Origin: Candidatus Eiseniibacteriota bacterium
Lineage (GTDB): Bacteria > Eisenbacteria > RBG-16-71-46 > CAVPCR01
Direction of reading: 5' to 3'
Length of the DNA: 64,000 bases
NCBI GenBank assembly: GCA_963702435.1
Contig: CAVPCR010000004.1
Coordinates: forward strand, 448,001 to 512,000
The position numbers were made by a program, and so were the translations under genes. This document shows positions 49,257 to 59,657 of the stretch, piece by piece (the stretch's first letter is position 1; each line of letters begins with the position of its first letter). The notes beneath the pieces are model-generated. The model was not told where the DNA came from. It made no database searches and worked only from the letters and a program-made list of their open reading frames with translations.

Positions 49257-51423
49257 CGACGCCCTCGTGCTGGCCATCCTGGCTCCCGCCTCTCGTGATC
49301 GCCCGCGGCTCATGAGATCCGTCGGCAACCCGCGCGCTCGATCCGGCCGGAGCCGGGTTCGCGGCGGGCACCGGGATCGTGCCGCCGTTCGCCGCCGCAG
49401 TCTCGGCGCCCGCCGGCTCCGCCGCGCGCGCCGGCTCCTTCTCGGCCTTGAGGCGGCCGTTCCCCTTGCCGGGGATCGGGGCCAGCTGCTCGCCGCGCAG
49501 GATGCGGCTGATCTCATCGCCATCCAGGATCTCGCGCTCGAGGAGGGTCGAGGCGAGCATGTGCAGCTTGTCGAGATTCCCGGCGAGGAGCGACTTGGCC
49601 CTCTCCTCGGCCTCCTCGACCAGCTTGCGCACCTCCTCGTCGATGATCTGTGCGGTCGATTCGGAGTAGTCCTTCTGCTGCGAGATCTCGCGCCCGAGGA
49701 AGATGAGCTCCTCGTTCTTGCCGAAAGCGATGGGTCCGAGCTTCTCCGACATGCCCCACTCGCAGACCATGCGCCGCGCGATCTCCGTGGCCATCCGGAT
49801 ATCGTTCGCCGCTCCCGAGGTCTGCTGGCCGAGCACGAGCTCCTCGGCGGCACGCCCGCCCATCATGATGGCGAGGCGCATCTTCATCTGCTCGCGGTTG
49901 TCGTTGAAGCGATCGTCGGCCGGCAGCTGGTAGACGAGGCCGAGCGCCCGCCCACGCGGGATGATGGTCGCCTTGTGGATGGGATCGGTCCCCGGCAGGA
50001 GCCAGGCGACCAGCGCGTGTCCCGACTCGTGATAGGAAGTCGTGCGCTTCTCCTTGTCGGAGATGACGAGGCTCCGCCGCTCGGTGCCGAGCATCACCTT
50101 GTCCTTCGAGTCCTCGAAGTCGCGCATGTCCACCTTGCGGTGGTTGCGCCGGGCGGCGAGCAGCGCCGCCTCGTTGACCAGGTTGGCGAGGTCGGCGCCG
50201 GCGAGCCCGGGGGTGCCGCGGGCGAGAATGCTCAAGTCGACATCGTCGCCGAGCGGGATGTTCCGCGCGTGCACCTTGAGTATCCCCTCGCGCCCGCGCA
50301 CGTCGGGGCGGTCGACGACGATCTGGCGGTCGAAGCGACCGGGCCTGAGCAGAGCCGGGTCGAGGACATCGGGCCGGTTGGTGGCGGCGATCAGGATGAC
50401 GCCGTCGTTCGACTCGAAGCCGTCCATTTCGACCAGGAGCTGGTTGAGCGTTTGCTCGCGCTCGTCATGGCCACCGCCGAGTCCGGCGCCGCGATGGCGG
50501 CCGACCGCGTCGATCTCGTCGATGAAGATGATGCAGGGCGCGTTCTTCTTGCCCTGGTCGAAGAGATCGCGCACGCGCGAGGCGCCGACACCGACGAACA
50601 TCTCGACGAAGTCCGAGCCGGACATCGAGAAGAAGGGCACGCTGGCCTCGCCGGCCACGGCGCGGGCGAGAAGGGTCTTCCCGGTCCCGGGCGGGCCGAG
50701 GAGGAGGGCGCCCTTCGGAATGCGGCCGCCGAGCGCCTGGAACTTCTTCGGCTCGCGCAGGAACTCGATGACCTCCTGCAGCTCCTCCTTGGCCTCGTCG
50801 GCACCGGCCACGTCGTCGAAGGTGACCTTGGGATGATCCTCGAGCAGCACCTTGGCCCGGCTCTTGCCGAACTTGAGCGCGGTCGAGCCGCCGGACTGGA
50901 TCTGGCGGATGACGAAGAGCCAGAAAGCGATGATGAGGACGATGGGGAGCCAGGTGGCGAGCGCCTGCATCCAGCTGAAGCGCTGGGCGTCGGCGATGAT
51001 CTCCGCGTCCGGGTTCTTCTCCTGGATGCGGCGGAGCATGTTCTCGTCCTCGAGCGGCAGGCGCACGAAGAATCGGGAGTACGGCAGGCGGCGGCCCTGG
51101 GCGGAGGTCACCGCTTCCTGCTTCAGCTCGCCGTGCACCTCCCTGGTGTCGGAGTAGGTGACGCTCTTCAGGTTGCCGGCCTCGATCTGCGCGTTGAACT
51201 CGGAGTACGAGATCTTGCTCTCGGCGATCCGATTATCGCTGTAGAACTGGAAGATGACGACGGCGAGCAGCAGCAGCACGAGCCAGAAGGCGAGCGTGCG
51301 CAGCGGGCGCGCCGGCGGTGAGTTGAGCGGCAGGCGCGGCGGCACCCGGCGGCGCGACGGCGGCTCCTTGCGCCGCGACTCGTCGCGGTTGTTCTCCTCG
51401 AGCATTCTGTTCTGATCGTTCAT
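49219..51423 (-). CDS. ftsH: ATP-dependent zinc metalloprotease FtsH
   Basis: Two TMs, [31 protein letters not shown]. Confidence 0.97.
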   Translation of the reverse strand: MNDQNRMLEENNRDESRRKEPPSRRRVPPRLPLNSPPARPLRTLAFWLVLLLLAVVIFQFYSDNRIAESKISYSEFNAQIEAGNLKSVTYSDTREVHGELKQEAVTSAQGRRLPYSRFFVRLPLEDENMLRRIQEKNPDAEIIADAQRFSWMQALATWLPIVLIIAFWLFVIRQIQSGGSTALKFGKSRAKVLLEDHPKVTFDDVAGADEAKEELQEVIEFLREPKKFQALGGRIPKGALLLGPPGTGKTLLARAVAGEASVPFFSMSGSDFVEMFVGVGASRVRDLFDQGKKNAPCIIFIDEIDAVGRHRGAGLGGGHDEREQTLNQLLVEMDGFESNDGVILIAATNRPDVLDPALLRPGRFDRQIVVDRPDVRGREGILKVHARNIPLGDDVDLSILARGTPGLAGADLANLVNEAALLAARRNHRKVDMRDFEDSKDKVMLGTERRSLVISDKEKRTTSYHESGHALVAWLLPGTDPIHKATIIPRGRALGLVYQLPADDRFNDNREQMKMRLAIMMGGRAAEELVLGQQTSGAANDIRMATEIARRMVCEWGMSEKLGPIAFGKNEELIFLGREISQQKDYSESTAQIIDEEVRKLVEEAEERAKSLLAGNLDKLHMLASTLLEREILDGDEISRILRGEQLAPIPGKGNGRLKAEKEPARAAEPAGAETAAANGGTIPVPAANPAPAGSSARVADGSHEPRAITRGGSQDGQHEGVDEPSRARESTGT

Positions 51424-51992
51424 TGACCTGATCCAGTGCCTTCAGCGGCTGCGGGGGGCTCCGCGCGGAGGGCGGCCACGTAGGGAAGATTCCGGTACTG
51501 ACCGGCCAGGTCCATCCCGTAGCCGATCACGTAACGGTTGGGAATGCGAAAGCCGATGAGCTCGGGCTCGACGGCGGGAATGTCCTCGGTCTCCTTCATG
51601 AGGAGCGCGCAGATGCGTAGCGACTCCGGACCGCGCAGCTCCAGGTAGTCGAGAAGGAAGCGGAGCGTGAGCCCCGTATCCACGATGTCCTCGACGAGCA
51701 CCACATCGCGGCCGCGCACCTCGGTAGACAGATCGTGCACCAGACGCACGCGCCCGCTCGACTGCGTGCGCGCGCCGTAGCTCGACACCGCGAGGAAGTC
51801 GATCTCGTGCAGCGTGTTCACCGCGCGCATGAGGTCCGAGAGGAAGACGATCCCGCCCTTCAGGATGCTCACGAAGAGCGGATTCCGCCCCGCGTACTCG
51901 CGCGAGATCCGCGCCCCGAGCTCGGCCACGCGCGCGGCGATGCGCGCGGCCGGGATCAGGACCTCGACCTCGCCGACGCCGGGGAGGGTCAC
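51420..51992 (-). CDS. hpt: Hypoxanthine phosphoribosyltransferase
   Basis: [28 protein letters not shown]....RNLP. Confidence 0.95.
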   Translation of the reverse strand: MTLPGVGEVEVLIPAARIAARVAELGARISREYAGRNPLFVSILKGGIVFLSDLMRAVNTLHEIDFLAVSSYGARTQSSGRVRLVHDLSTEVRGRDVVLVEDIVDTGLTLRFLLDYLELRGPESLRICALLMKETEDIPAVEPELIGFRIPNRYVIGYGMDLAGQYRNLPYVAALRAEPPAAAEGTGSGQ

Positions 51993-52006
51993 GACGGCCC
52001 CTTCTT

Positions 52007-53533
52007 CTACAGCTGCGAGGCGAATACCCGCACCTCCAGGATCTCGTTCGTTTCCTTGCCGATCAGAGCGTGGGCGCTCCGGCGGCAACCCGCCACCCAT
52101 AGGATTCGTTCATCGGGCCCGCCGGCTCCATCAACGATCAACGGCACCGCTGCCCGCAGTCGGCGCGGTACCCGGTGGTCGATCAGGAGATCCTTGATCT
52201 TCTTCTCGGCGTCCATGCCGAGCGGCCGGATACGGTCGCCGGGTTCGCGCGAGCGGACCACGAGCGGCAAGCGAAGTCGAGCGCGGTCAAATACCGCGAG
52301 CCCCGGATCCTCTCCCGCGGTTTGTGCCTCCTCGATCCCAGGATAGCCGTTAAGCCCTTTATCGGCCTCAGTTTTGGGCAGCTTGACGAGCCGGGTGGCG
52401 ATCGTGATGCCGAGCTCCGGGAGGTCGGTGCGCCCGTCGAGCGGGACCGGGGTCCGAGGGATCTGCCTCGCCTCACCGGGGTCCCGGACCCACAGGGAGA
52501 GCTCGCTGCCCTCGCGGAGCCCGACCATCCCCCCCGGCAGGTCAGCGCGCCGTTGGCGACCCCCCTTGCCGGCGAGGGCCATGAGGGCATCGATGTGCTC
52601 GAAGCTGATGCCCCGCAAATCGCTATGCAACCTCGAGATCGCCTGCCGGAGCAAATACCGCCTGAGGATGGGATCGTAGGAATTCAGGCGGCGAATATCA
52701 AGGGCGACACAGGGCGGGAGGGGGCCCGGGAGGCCGAGCCAGGGAAGCGTCCAATGCCCCGCGGCCCCGGCCGCCGCGGCGTCGGCCAGATCACCTGCGT
52801 CGAGGATCTCGGCCGCGACGCGCGAGAAGTAGGTATCCACTTCGTTCATGAGCTCGGCCGTCCGCCCGAGCGTCGCGACGACCGCGGGGTTGAACTCGGA
52901 GGCGAGGAGCGGCACGAGCACGTGACGCGTCCGGTTGCGGGCGAGCCGGAGGTCGCGATTGGTGCGATCGAGTCGATAGGTGAGCCCGCGGTCGTTGAGA
53001 TACGTGCGCACGAGATCGCGCGGCACGTCGAGGAGAGGGCGCACGACGTGCGCCCCGCCGCGGGGCGACGGGGTCGTCATCGCCGCGAGGCCGCACGGTC
53101 CGGCCCCGCGCAGGAGGCGGAGGAGGAAGGTCTCGGCCTGGTCGTCCGCGGTGTGTCCGACCGCCACGTAACGGGCCCCGTGCCGCTGCGCCTCGGCGGT
53201 GAGAAAGGCGTAGCGGACATGGCGTGCAGCTTCCTCGAGGCTCTCGCCCGGCGCGGCCGCGACCCGGCGGAGCGCGAAGGCGGCGGGCAACCCGAGGCGG
53301 CCGGCGATCTCCCCGACGAGCACGGCGTCGGCGGTCGCCTCCTCGCCCCGGAGTCCGTGATCGACGTGGGCGATGACGAGCGCGAGCCCGAGCTGCGGGG
53401 CGAGCTCGGCGAGGGCATGCACGAGGGCCACCGAGTCCGGGCCGCCGGACACCGCGACCACCGCCCGCCCGGGTGCGGGGAAGAGGCAGCGGCCGTGGGC
53501 CGTGCGGAGGATCTGGCGAAGAAGCGGGTGCAT
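52007..53533 (-). CDS. tilS: tRNA(Ile)-lysidine synthetase
   Basis: AVSGGPDS, HVDHGLR, E.AAR..RY, GHT.DDQAET, VRPLL, RN..R; C-terminal TilS-C domain. Confidence 0.95.
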   Translation of the reverse strand: MHPLLRQILRTAHGRCLFPAPGRAVVAVSGGPDSVALVHALAELAPQLGLALVIAHVDHGLRGEEATADAVLVGEIAGRLGLPAAFALRRVAAAPGESLEEAARHVRYAFLTAEAQRHGARYVAVGHTADDQAETFLLRLLRGAGPCGLAAMTTPSPRGGAHVVRPLLDVPRDLVRTYLNDRGLTYRLDRTNRDLRLARNRTRHVLVPLLASEFNPAVVATLGRTAELMNEVDTYFSRVAAEILDAGDLADAAAAGAAGHWTLPWLGLPGPLPPCVALDIRRLNSYDPILRRYLLRQAISRLHSDLRGISFEHIDALMALAGKGGRQRRADLPGGMVGLREGSELSLWVRDPGEARQIPRTPVPLDGRTDLPELGITIATRLVKLPKTEADKGLNGYPGIEEAQTAGEDPGLAVFDRARLRLPLVVRSREPGDRIRPLGMDAEKKIKDLLIDHRVPRRLRAAVPLIVDGAGGPDERILWVAGCRRSAHALIGKETNEILEVRVFASQL

Positions 53534-53557
53534 CGTGGTGATGATATGCTCCGGCCG
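53534..53557. promoter_or_regulatory. Bidirectional overlapping -10 elements for leaderless tilS and pduO transcripts
   Basis: + strand TG-A-TATGCT-7 nt-ATG; - strand TATCAT-7 nt-ATG; no SD on either side. Confidence 0.55.
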
Positions 53558-54142
53558 ATGAAAATCTACACGCGAAGCGGCGACCGGGGAGACACCGGGC
53601 TCATCGGCGGCCGGCGGGTGAAAAAGAACGTGCCGCGCGTCGCCGCCTACGGCGGCGTGGATGAGCTCAACGCGGTGCTCGGGCTCGCCATCGCCGAGCT
53701 GGGCGCCGGCGCGCCCGGTGCCTCGACACCCGCCGCGGATCTCGCCCGCATCCAGAACGCGCTCTTCACGCTCGGCGCGGAGCTCGCGACGCCGTCGGCG
53801 GCGGAGCCGGCGCGCGGCGTCGAGCCGCTCGCGGCCGCGGAGACCACGTGGCTCGAGGCGTCGATCGACGCGCTCGGCGACCGCTTGCCGCCGCTCTCGC
53901 ACTTCATCCTCCCCGGCGGCACGCGGGCCGGAGCGACCTTGCATCTTGCCCGCACCGTGTGCCGGCGCGCCGAGCGCGCGATCGTGGCCCTCGCCGCCGA
54001 GGAACCGGTGCGCGCCGAGGTGCTCGCCTACGTGAACCGGCTCTCCGACTATCTCTTCATGCTGGCCCGCGCCGTGAACGCCGCGGCGGGCGCGACCGAG
54101 GCCAGGTGGCTCGGCCGCGCCGCGTCCGGGCCCGGCGCCTAG
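53558..54142 (+). CDS. Cob(I)alamin adenosyltransferase (PduO/YvqK type)
   Basis: MKIYTR.GD.G.T, G.VDELNA.LG, FILPGG, RTVCRRAER, NRLSDYLF. Confidence 0.93.
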   Translation: MKIYTRSGDRGDTGLIGGRRVKKNVPRVAAYGGVDELNAVLGLAIAELGAGAPGASTPAADLARIQNALFTLGAELATPSAAEPARGVEPLAAAETTWLEASIDALGDRLPPLSHFILPGGTRAGATLHLARTVCRRAERAIVALAAEEPVRAEVLAYVNRLSDYLFMLARAVNAAAGATEARWLGRAASGPGA

Positions 54143-54180
54143 GAGGGTGCTGACGGCCTGCCGGCGCGCGGCGGCGGTGT

Positions 54181-55314
54181 CTAGTCCGAGCCCTGCTCGG
54201 CGGCGGCGCCCGCCTTCTTGGGCTCGATCCAGTCCTTCTCCTTCGTGAGATCCGCGAGCAGCTTCTCGTCCGCCGCGCCCGGCAGGACCTGGGCGAGATG
54301 CTCGGCGTAGGCGTCCGCCGAGAGCGGCTCGCCGTCGACGCTGAAGCGCTCGCCCTTGTGGTCGCCGATCGAGCGATGGAAGCGGAGATCCGGCGTGTAG
54401 AGCCGGGGCTCGCCGGCGGGCACGACCTTGTTGAGAGCCGCGATCAGCTCGGCCACTTCCGCCTGGTACTGGCTCCGTGCGCGGTCGTTGAGCGAGGCCT
54501 TGTCGGGCTCCTCGGTGCACTCCTCCTCGTCGTAACGGCCCTTGAGCCCCCACAGGTAGGCCCACTCGGCCGAAGTCGAATGGTCGACGCCGAAGAGGTC
54601 GTAGGCGGTCGGGATCCACTTGTTCAGGAAACGCTGCACGACCGGGACCGGCACCCGGCCCGCCTTCAGGATGCGGCGGAGGCCGTTGTTCCCCGTCCCC
54701 ATGTGGAACTGCTCCTCCTTGAGCATGGCGCGCACCGAGCGGGCGAGCGGGGCGAAGGAGCTGGTGGACAGCATCTTGAGCTGGAACTTGCCGTCGCGGT
54801 CGACGAAGTTCGTGTAGGTGAAGAAGTCGAGCCAGTTGTTGACGGGCTCGTTGAACGAGCCGAGGAGTCGCGTGTGGTTGAAGGCGCGGCGCTCGAGCTG
54901 CTTCTGCGCCTCGACACGACCGGACTCGCCGAAGTGCTCGACCATGAGGTAGCACATCTGCCATCCGTGCCGCATCTCCTCGACGTTGACGCGGAGGAGC
55001 GAATAGAGATCGTAGTCGCTCGGCGCGGTGGCGACGAGGTTTCGCTGCTGCTCGACCGAGGCGAACTCGGTGTCGCTCTGGTACACGATCAGGTGGAGGA
55101 GGGCGTCGCGGATGCGCTGATCGGGGATCTGCAGCACGGTCTCCCACTTGGAGCGGCCGCGGTAGCCGCCGAACTGGATCTCGTCCGTCGGCAGGTCGGC
55201 GAACTTGATGTCCAGGACGAAGTCCTTGATCATCTCCCGGTCGTAACCGATGTCGACGAGCCACTGGTCGAAGAGCCCGATCCAGTCGTCGAAGGTGGCG
55301 ATGCGCGAAGCCAT
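54181..55314 (-). CDS. Di-iron aryl-CoA epoxidase large subunit, BoxB-like (PaaA/PaaC superfamily)
   Basis: Q.DTE.ASVEQQR, APS.YD, NVEE.RH, F...VDRDGKFQL, ML.EE.FH di-iron motifs. Confidence 0.85.
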   Translation of the reverse strand: MASRIATFDDWIGLFDQWLVDIGYDREMIKDFVLDIKFADLPTDEIQFGGYRGRSKWETVLQIPDQRIRDALLHLIVYQSDTEFASVEQQRNLVATAPSDYDLYSLLRVNVEEMRHGWQMCYLMVEHFGESGRVEAQKQLERRAFNHTRLLGSFNEPVNNWLDFFTYTNFVDRDGKFQLKMLSTSSFAPLARSVRAMLKEEQFHMGTGNNGLRRILKAGRVPVPVVQRFLNKWIPTAYDLFGVDHSTSAEWAYLWGLKGRYDEEECTEEPDKASLNDRARSQYQAEVAELIAALNKVVPAGEPRLYTPDLRFHRSIGDHKGERFSVDGEPLSADAYAEHLAQVLPGAADEKLLADLTKEKDWIEPKKAGAAAEQGSD

Positions 55315-55316
55315 CT

Positions 55317-55976
55317 CTAGCCCTGTCCTTTCTCGCTCGTGGTCGTGATCACACCGCCGGCAGCCATGTCGGCCGCCAGGAACCCGTTGAGGAAGATCCC
55401 GCTCATCAGGCCGGCGATCTCGTCGATCGCGGGCGCCTCGCCGGCCAGGGCCTCTTCCCCGCCCGGCGTCCGATACCAGGTGTAGATCCAGTTCATCATG
55501 CCGAAGAGCGACAGCGCGGCGAGGCGCGGCGCCGGCGCGGGCGCGGTGCGGAGGCCGCCCACGATCTCGGTGGCGATCGCCACGTAGACCCGCTTCCGCT
55601 CCTGGATCTCTCGCCGGTGGGCACCCGTGAGCGCATCCGATTCGCGGCTCAGCACTTTCATCTCGGTCAGGTGCGCCGCGAAGTACGTCAGATGATTGCC
55701 GACGAAAGCGCGGAGGCGTTCCTCCGGCGTGTGCTCCCCGTTCCGGCAGGCGAGCGCCCCGGCGATCACCGTGTCGAGCGCCCGGGCCGAGATCGCGAAG
55801 AGGATCTCCTCCTTGCTCGGGAAGTAGTAGTAGAGCCCGGCCAGGCTCGAGCGCGCTGCGCGCGCGACGTCGCGCATCGTCGCCTCGTGGTAGCCCTTCT
55901 CGGCGAAGACGCGGGCGGCGAGGCGCACGATGCGATCGCGGCGATCCTGGTAGCGGGCGGTGGTGGTCTGGGCCAT
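55317..55976 (-). CDS. TetR-family regulator (PaaR/KstR2-like)
   Basis: N-terminal HTH A..F..KGY..A.M.DVA...LYYYF.SKE; C-terminal GMMNWIY.WY. Confidence 0.9.
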   Translation of the reverse strand: MAQTTTARYQDRRDRIVRLAARVFAEKGYHEATMRDVARAARSSLAGLYYYFPSKEEILFAISARALDTVIAGALACRNGEHTPEERLRAFVGNHLTYFAAHLTEMKVLSRESDALTGAHRREIQERKRVYVAIATEIVGGLRTAPAPAPRLAALSLFGMMNWIYTWYRTPGGEEALAGEAPAIDEIAGLMSGIFLNGFLAADMAAGGVITTTSEKGQG

Positions 55977-56027
55977 GGTCGAGATCGTGCCGCCGGGGGG
56001 AGCGGGCGGCGGCGGATGCGCTGTCCG

Positions 56028-56045
56028 TTCGGACGTCCGTTCGAA
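56028..56045. promoter_or_regulatory. Candidate TetR (PaaR-type) operator
   Basis: TT-CGGACGTCCGTTCG-AA pseudopalindrome next to the -10 of a minus-strand promoter (TTGACG 56073-78, 18 nt, TAGGCT 56049-54). Confidence 0.6.
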
Positions 56046-56180
56046 TGAAGCCTAGCGAAAGGTAGCCGGAGCCGTCAAGGGCGGGCGTGTGGAGCTGATC
56101 GACCCGTGTAAAGTGTTGATTGAATATGCTTTACGATCAGCGATCGGGAGGGGTGGGGCGCCGCCCGCGCGGCGATCCGA

Positions 56181-56209
56181 TTGACAACCGGGCCGCCGGG
56201 CCTTAGCTT
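56181..56209 (+). promoter_or_regulatory. Sigma-70 promoter of the aldehyde dehydrogenase operon
   Basis: TTGACA-17 nt-TAGCTT. Confidence 0.65.
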
Positions 56210-56278
56210 TGTCCCTTTCCTGAAGACTCCTCCTCCCGGCTCTCACTCGACAGCGCTTCCAGCGAGGATCCCATCAAT

Positions 56279-57739
56279 ATGTCCCAGGCAGTCCGCGAAC
56301 GGCTCCGGCCGGCAAAGCTGTGGATCGGCGGCGCGGCCGTCGAGGCCGCCGCGGGAAAGAGCTACCCGGTGTACGAACCGGCCTACGGCGAGGTCCTGGC
56401 CGAGGTCGCCGCCGCCGGCCCCGAGGATGTGGACCGCGCCGTGCAAGCGGCGCGCGAGTCCTTCGAGCGCGGCCCCTGGTCGAAGCTCGCCGCGAGCGAC
56501 CGCGGGCGGCTCCTCTGGCGGCTCGCCGATCTCATCGAGGCCAACGCCGACGAGATCGCCACGATCGAGACGCGGAACCAGGGGAAGACCCTCTTCGAGT
56601 CGCGGAAGATCGAGGTGCCGCTCGTCGCCGACTGCTTCCGCTTCTACGCCGGAGCGGCGACCAAGATCCACGGCGAGACCATCCCCACGCGCGGCTCCGC
56701 GTTCAACTACACGCTCCGCGAGCCGGTCGGGGTGGTCGCCGCCATCGTCCCGTGGAACTTCCCGCTCCTGATCGCCACCTGGAAGATCGCGCCGGCGCTG
56801 GCCGCGGGCTGCACGGTGGTCTTGAAGCCGGCCTCGCCGACCCCGCTCTCCGCGCTGCGGCTCGCCGAGCTGGCGCGCGAGGCAGGGATCCCGGATGGTG
56901 TCCTCAACGTCGTGCCCGGGAAGGGGTCGGTCGCCGGCAACGCGCTCGTCGAGCATCCGCAGGTCGACAAGATCGCCTTCACCGGGTCGACCGAGGTCGG
57001 GCGCGAGATCATGCGCCGCGCCGCCGGCACCGTGAAGCGGGTCTCGCTCGAGCTCGGCGGCAAGTCGCCGAACATCGTGCTCGCCGACGCCGATCTCGAT
57101 CAGGCGGTCAAGGGAGCGCTGAACGGCATCTTCTACAACAAGGGCGAGGTGTGCGCCGCCGGTTCGCGCCTCCTGGTCGCCGCCCCGGTGCACGACGAGT
57201 TCGTGGCGCGGCTCAAGAGCAAGGTCGAGGGCATGACGCTCGGCGATCCGCTCGACGCGAAGACCCGCATGGGACCGCAGGTGTCCGCGGAGCAGATGGC
57301 CACGATCCTCCGCTACATCGACAGCGGGAAGGAGGAGGGGGCGCGGGTGGTGACCGGCGGCAAGCGGCACGGCCAGGTCGGCTACTTCGTCGAGCCCACC
57401 GTCTTCGATGGGGTCGAGCCGCGGATGACCATCGCCCGCGAGGAGATCTTCGGGCCGGTGCTGGCCGTGATCGAGGTGAAGGATGCCGAGGACGCGGTGG
57501 CCAAGGCCAACGACACCATGTACGGCCTGGCGGCGGCGGTGTGGACCCGGGACGTCAAGCAGGCGCACAAGATGGCGCGCGCGCTCCGCGCCGGCACCGT
57601 GTGGATCAACACCTACGGCGTCTACGACAACGCCATTCCATTCGGCGGCGTGAAGCAGTCGGGCTTCGGGCGCGACATGGGGCTCCACGCGCTCGAGCAG
57701 TACACCCACGTGAAGAGCGTCTGGGTCGACCTCGGCTGA
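56279..57739 (+). CDS. Aldehyde dehydrogenase
   Basis: PWNFP, FTGST.VG, LELGGKSP, G.VC.AGSR, EEIFGPV, FGG.K.SG.GR. Confidence 0.96.
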   Translation: MSQAVRERLRPAKLWIGGAAVEAAAGKSYPVYEPAYGEVLAEVAAAGPEDVDRAVQAARESFERGPWSKLAASDRGRLLWRLADLIEANADEIATIETRNQGKTLFESRKIEVPLVADCFRFYAGAATKIHGETIPTRGSAFNYTLREPVGVVAAIVPWNFPLLIATWKIAPALAAGCTVVLKPASPTPLSALRLAELAREAGIPDGVLNVVPGKGSVAGNALVEHPQVDKIAFTGSTEVGREIMRRAAGTVKRVSLELGGKSPNIVLADADLDQAVKGALNGIFYNKGEVCAAGSRLLVAAPVHDEFVARLKSKVEGMTLGDPLDAKTRMGPQVSAEQMATILRYIDSGKEEGARVVTGGKRHGQVGYFVEPTVFDGVEPRMTIAREEIFGPVLAVIEVKDAEDAVAKANDTMYGLAAAVWTRDVKQAHKMARALRAGTVWINTYGVYDNAIPFGGVKQSGFGRDMGLHALEQYTHVKSVWVDLG

Positions 57740-57815
57740 GGTCGTGCCCGGAGCGCGAGAGAGATCGCACAGAGAATCGCCAGAGACCGGATCCAGCAGA
57801 GGAAGGACGAACGCC

Positions 57816-58631
57816 ATGGCCCAGCAGAGGACTGCGATCGAGACCAAGCTCATCAACTACCGCGCCGAGAAGGGCATCGCCGTGATCGAGATGGACGATC
57901 CGCCGGCCAATACCTACACCTACGAGATGATGCGGCAGCTCGACGAGGCGATCCTCACCGCGCGCATGGACGACTCGGCGCACGTGATCCTGCTCCGGGG
58001 GAAGGGCGACAAGTTCTTCTCGGCAGGGGCCAACATCCAGATGCTCTCCTCGGTCACCCCGCAGTTCAAGTACTACTTCTGCCTGCATGCGAACGAGACC
58101 CTGAATCGCCTCGAGCAGACGCCGAAGCTCGTGATCGCCGCGCTCAACGGCCACACGGTCGGCGGCGGGCTCGAGATCGCGATGGCCGCCGACATGCGCA
58201 TCGCGCGGAAGGACGGCGGGAAGATCGGACTCCCCGAGGTAACCCTCGGCGTCCTCCCCGGTACCGGCGGCACCCAGCGGCTCGCGCGCCTCATCGGGAA
58301 GCCGAAGGCGATCGAGCTCATGGTCACCGGCCGCACCTTCAGCTTCGAGGAAGCGGTCGACATGGGGCTCGTGAACCAGATCATCGCCGGGACGCCCGAG
58401 GATTTCATGCGCCAGGTCATGGAGTACGCGGGCCAGTTCGTGCCGCCGAACAAGGCGGCGAAGGCGGTGGGTCGCATCAAGCGCGCCGTGCAGTCGGGTC
58501 CCGAGTGCGGGTTCGGCGAGGGGCTCGCCATCGAGCGCGAGCTGCAGCAGCAGCTCTTCCAGTCGGATGACGCCAAGGAAGGGCTCGCGGCGTACGTGGG
58601 CAAGCGCATCCCCACTTTCCGCGGCGCATAG
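57816..58631 (+). CDS. Enoyl-CoA hydratase/isomerase (crotonase) family protein
   Basis: FSAGA, GGGLE.A.A.D, GLPEV.LG..PG.GGTQRL. Confidence 0.93.
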   Translation: MAQQRTAIETKLINYRAEKGIAVIEMDDPPANTYTYEMMRQLDEAILTARMDDSAHVILLRGKGDKFFSAGANIQMLSSVTPQFKYYFCLHANETLNRLEQTPKLVIAALNGHTVGGGLEIAMAADMRIARKDGGKIGLPEVTLGVLPGTGGTQRLARLIGKPKAIELMVTGRTFSFEEAVDMGLVNQIIAGTPEDFMRQVMEYAGQFVPPNKAAKAVGRIKRAVQSGPECGFGEGLAIERELQQQLFQSDDAKEGLAAYVGKRIPTFRGA

Positions 58632-58656
58632 CGGCGGGTCCGGGAACGGAGACGAG

Positions 58657-59478
58657 ATGGACGAGGCGGCGAGGGAGATCGCCGGAGCGGCGCCGGGCGT
58701 TCCCGCCGCACGTGCGCCGGCCCCCGCCGGCCGCCGGATGATGGTCGTGGCCGGCGCGCGCGAGATCCGGGACGGCGAGATCGTCTTCGTCGGCATGCGG
58801 CTCCCGATCGTCGCCTTCCATCTCGCCAAGGTCACGCACGCCCCGCGCGCGATCGCGCTCTACGAGAACGGGGTGATCCGCGAGCATCCGGCGGCGGAGC
58901 CGCTTTTCACGATGGCCGATCCGCCGAATCTCCGCCGGGCCAGCATGTGCTCGGATCTGCAGGCGGTGATGAGCCTCCTCCAGCAGGGGCGCGTCGACCT
59001 GGGCTTCCTCGGCGCCGGAGAGGTCGATCGCTTCGGGAATCTGAACTCGACGCTGGTCACGGATGAGGCCGGCGGGACGATCCGGCTCCCCGGAAGCGGC
59101 GGGGCCGCCGACATCGCCTGCCTCGCCCGCCGCACCGTGATCCTCCTCCGGCACGAGCGGCGCCGTTTCCGCGAGCGCGTGCACTACGTGACCGGCCCGG
59201 GGCACGGCGATGGCCACGGCTGGCGCGAGCGCGAGGGCCTGGGGCCCGGCGGGCCGGCGGCGATCATCACCGACCTCGCGGTGCTTCGCTTCGATGAGGA
59301 CGGCGAGGCGTACCTCGCGAGCGTGCATCCGGGGGTGACGGTGGAGCAGGTGCTCGCCGCCACCGGCTGGCCGCTCCGCGTGCGCGCACCCGTGCCTGCC
59401 ACCGAGCCGCCGACCGCGCGCGAGATGAACTCCCTCGCCGCGGCGGATCCCGGCGGATTCTGGACCGGCAGCGCGTAG
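58657..59478 (+). CDS. Family I CoA-transferase beta subunit (GctB/PcaJ-like)
   Basis: VFVG..LP, YENG, GFLG..EVD..GNLNST, RLPGSGG..DI, ITDL.V. Confidence 0.88.
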   Translation: MDEAAREIAGAAPGVPAARAPAPAGRRMMVVAGAREIRDGEIVFVGMRLPIVAFHLAKVTHAPRAIALYENGVIREHPAAEPLFTMADPPNLRRASMCSDLQAVMSLLQQGRVDLGFLGAGEVDRFGNLNSTLVTDEAGGTIRLPGSGGAADIACLARRTVILLRHERRRFRERVHYVTGPGHGDGHGWREREGLGPGGPAAIITDLAVLRFDEDGEAYLASVHPGVTVEQVLAATGWPLRVRAPVPATEPPTAREMNSLAAADPGGFWTGSA

Positions 59479-59657
59479 CCCCGGCAGCCCGTTGACGATC
59501 AACGGGTCCTTCCACAGCCTCCTCGAGACCGGCCCTTGCCGGCGGGCCCGGACGGCCCCGAGAAAGCCGCAAAGATCCGCCCGGCCCTGGCCGATAACAC
59601 GCTGGAAGCAGGTCTCAACCGACGTGATCTTTGCCGACCGGCGAACCGGAGTGACCA

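Noticed and set aside
52007..55264. 1085-aa ORF as a TilS fusion
   Set aside because: The N-terminal half overlaps the BoxB-like and PduO-type genes in other frames; TilS homology begins at ATG 53533
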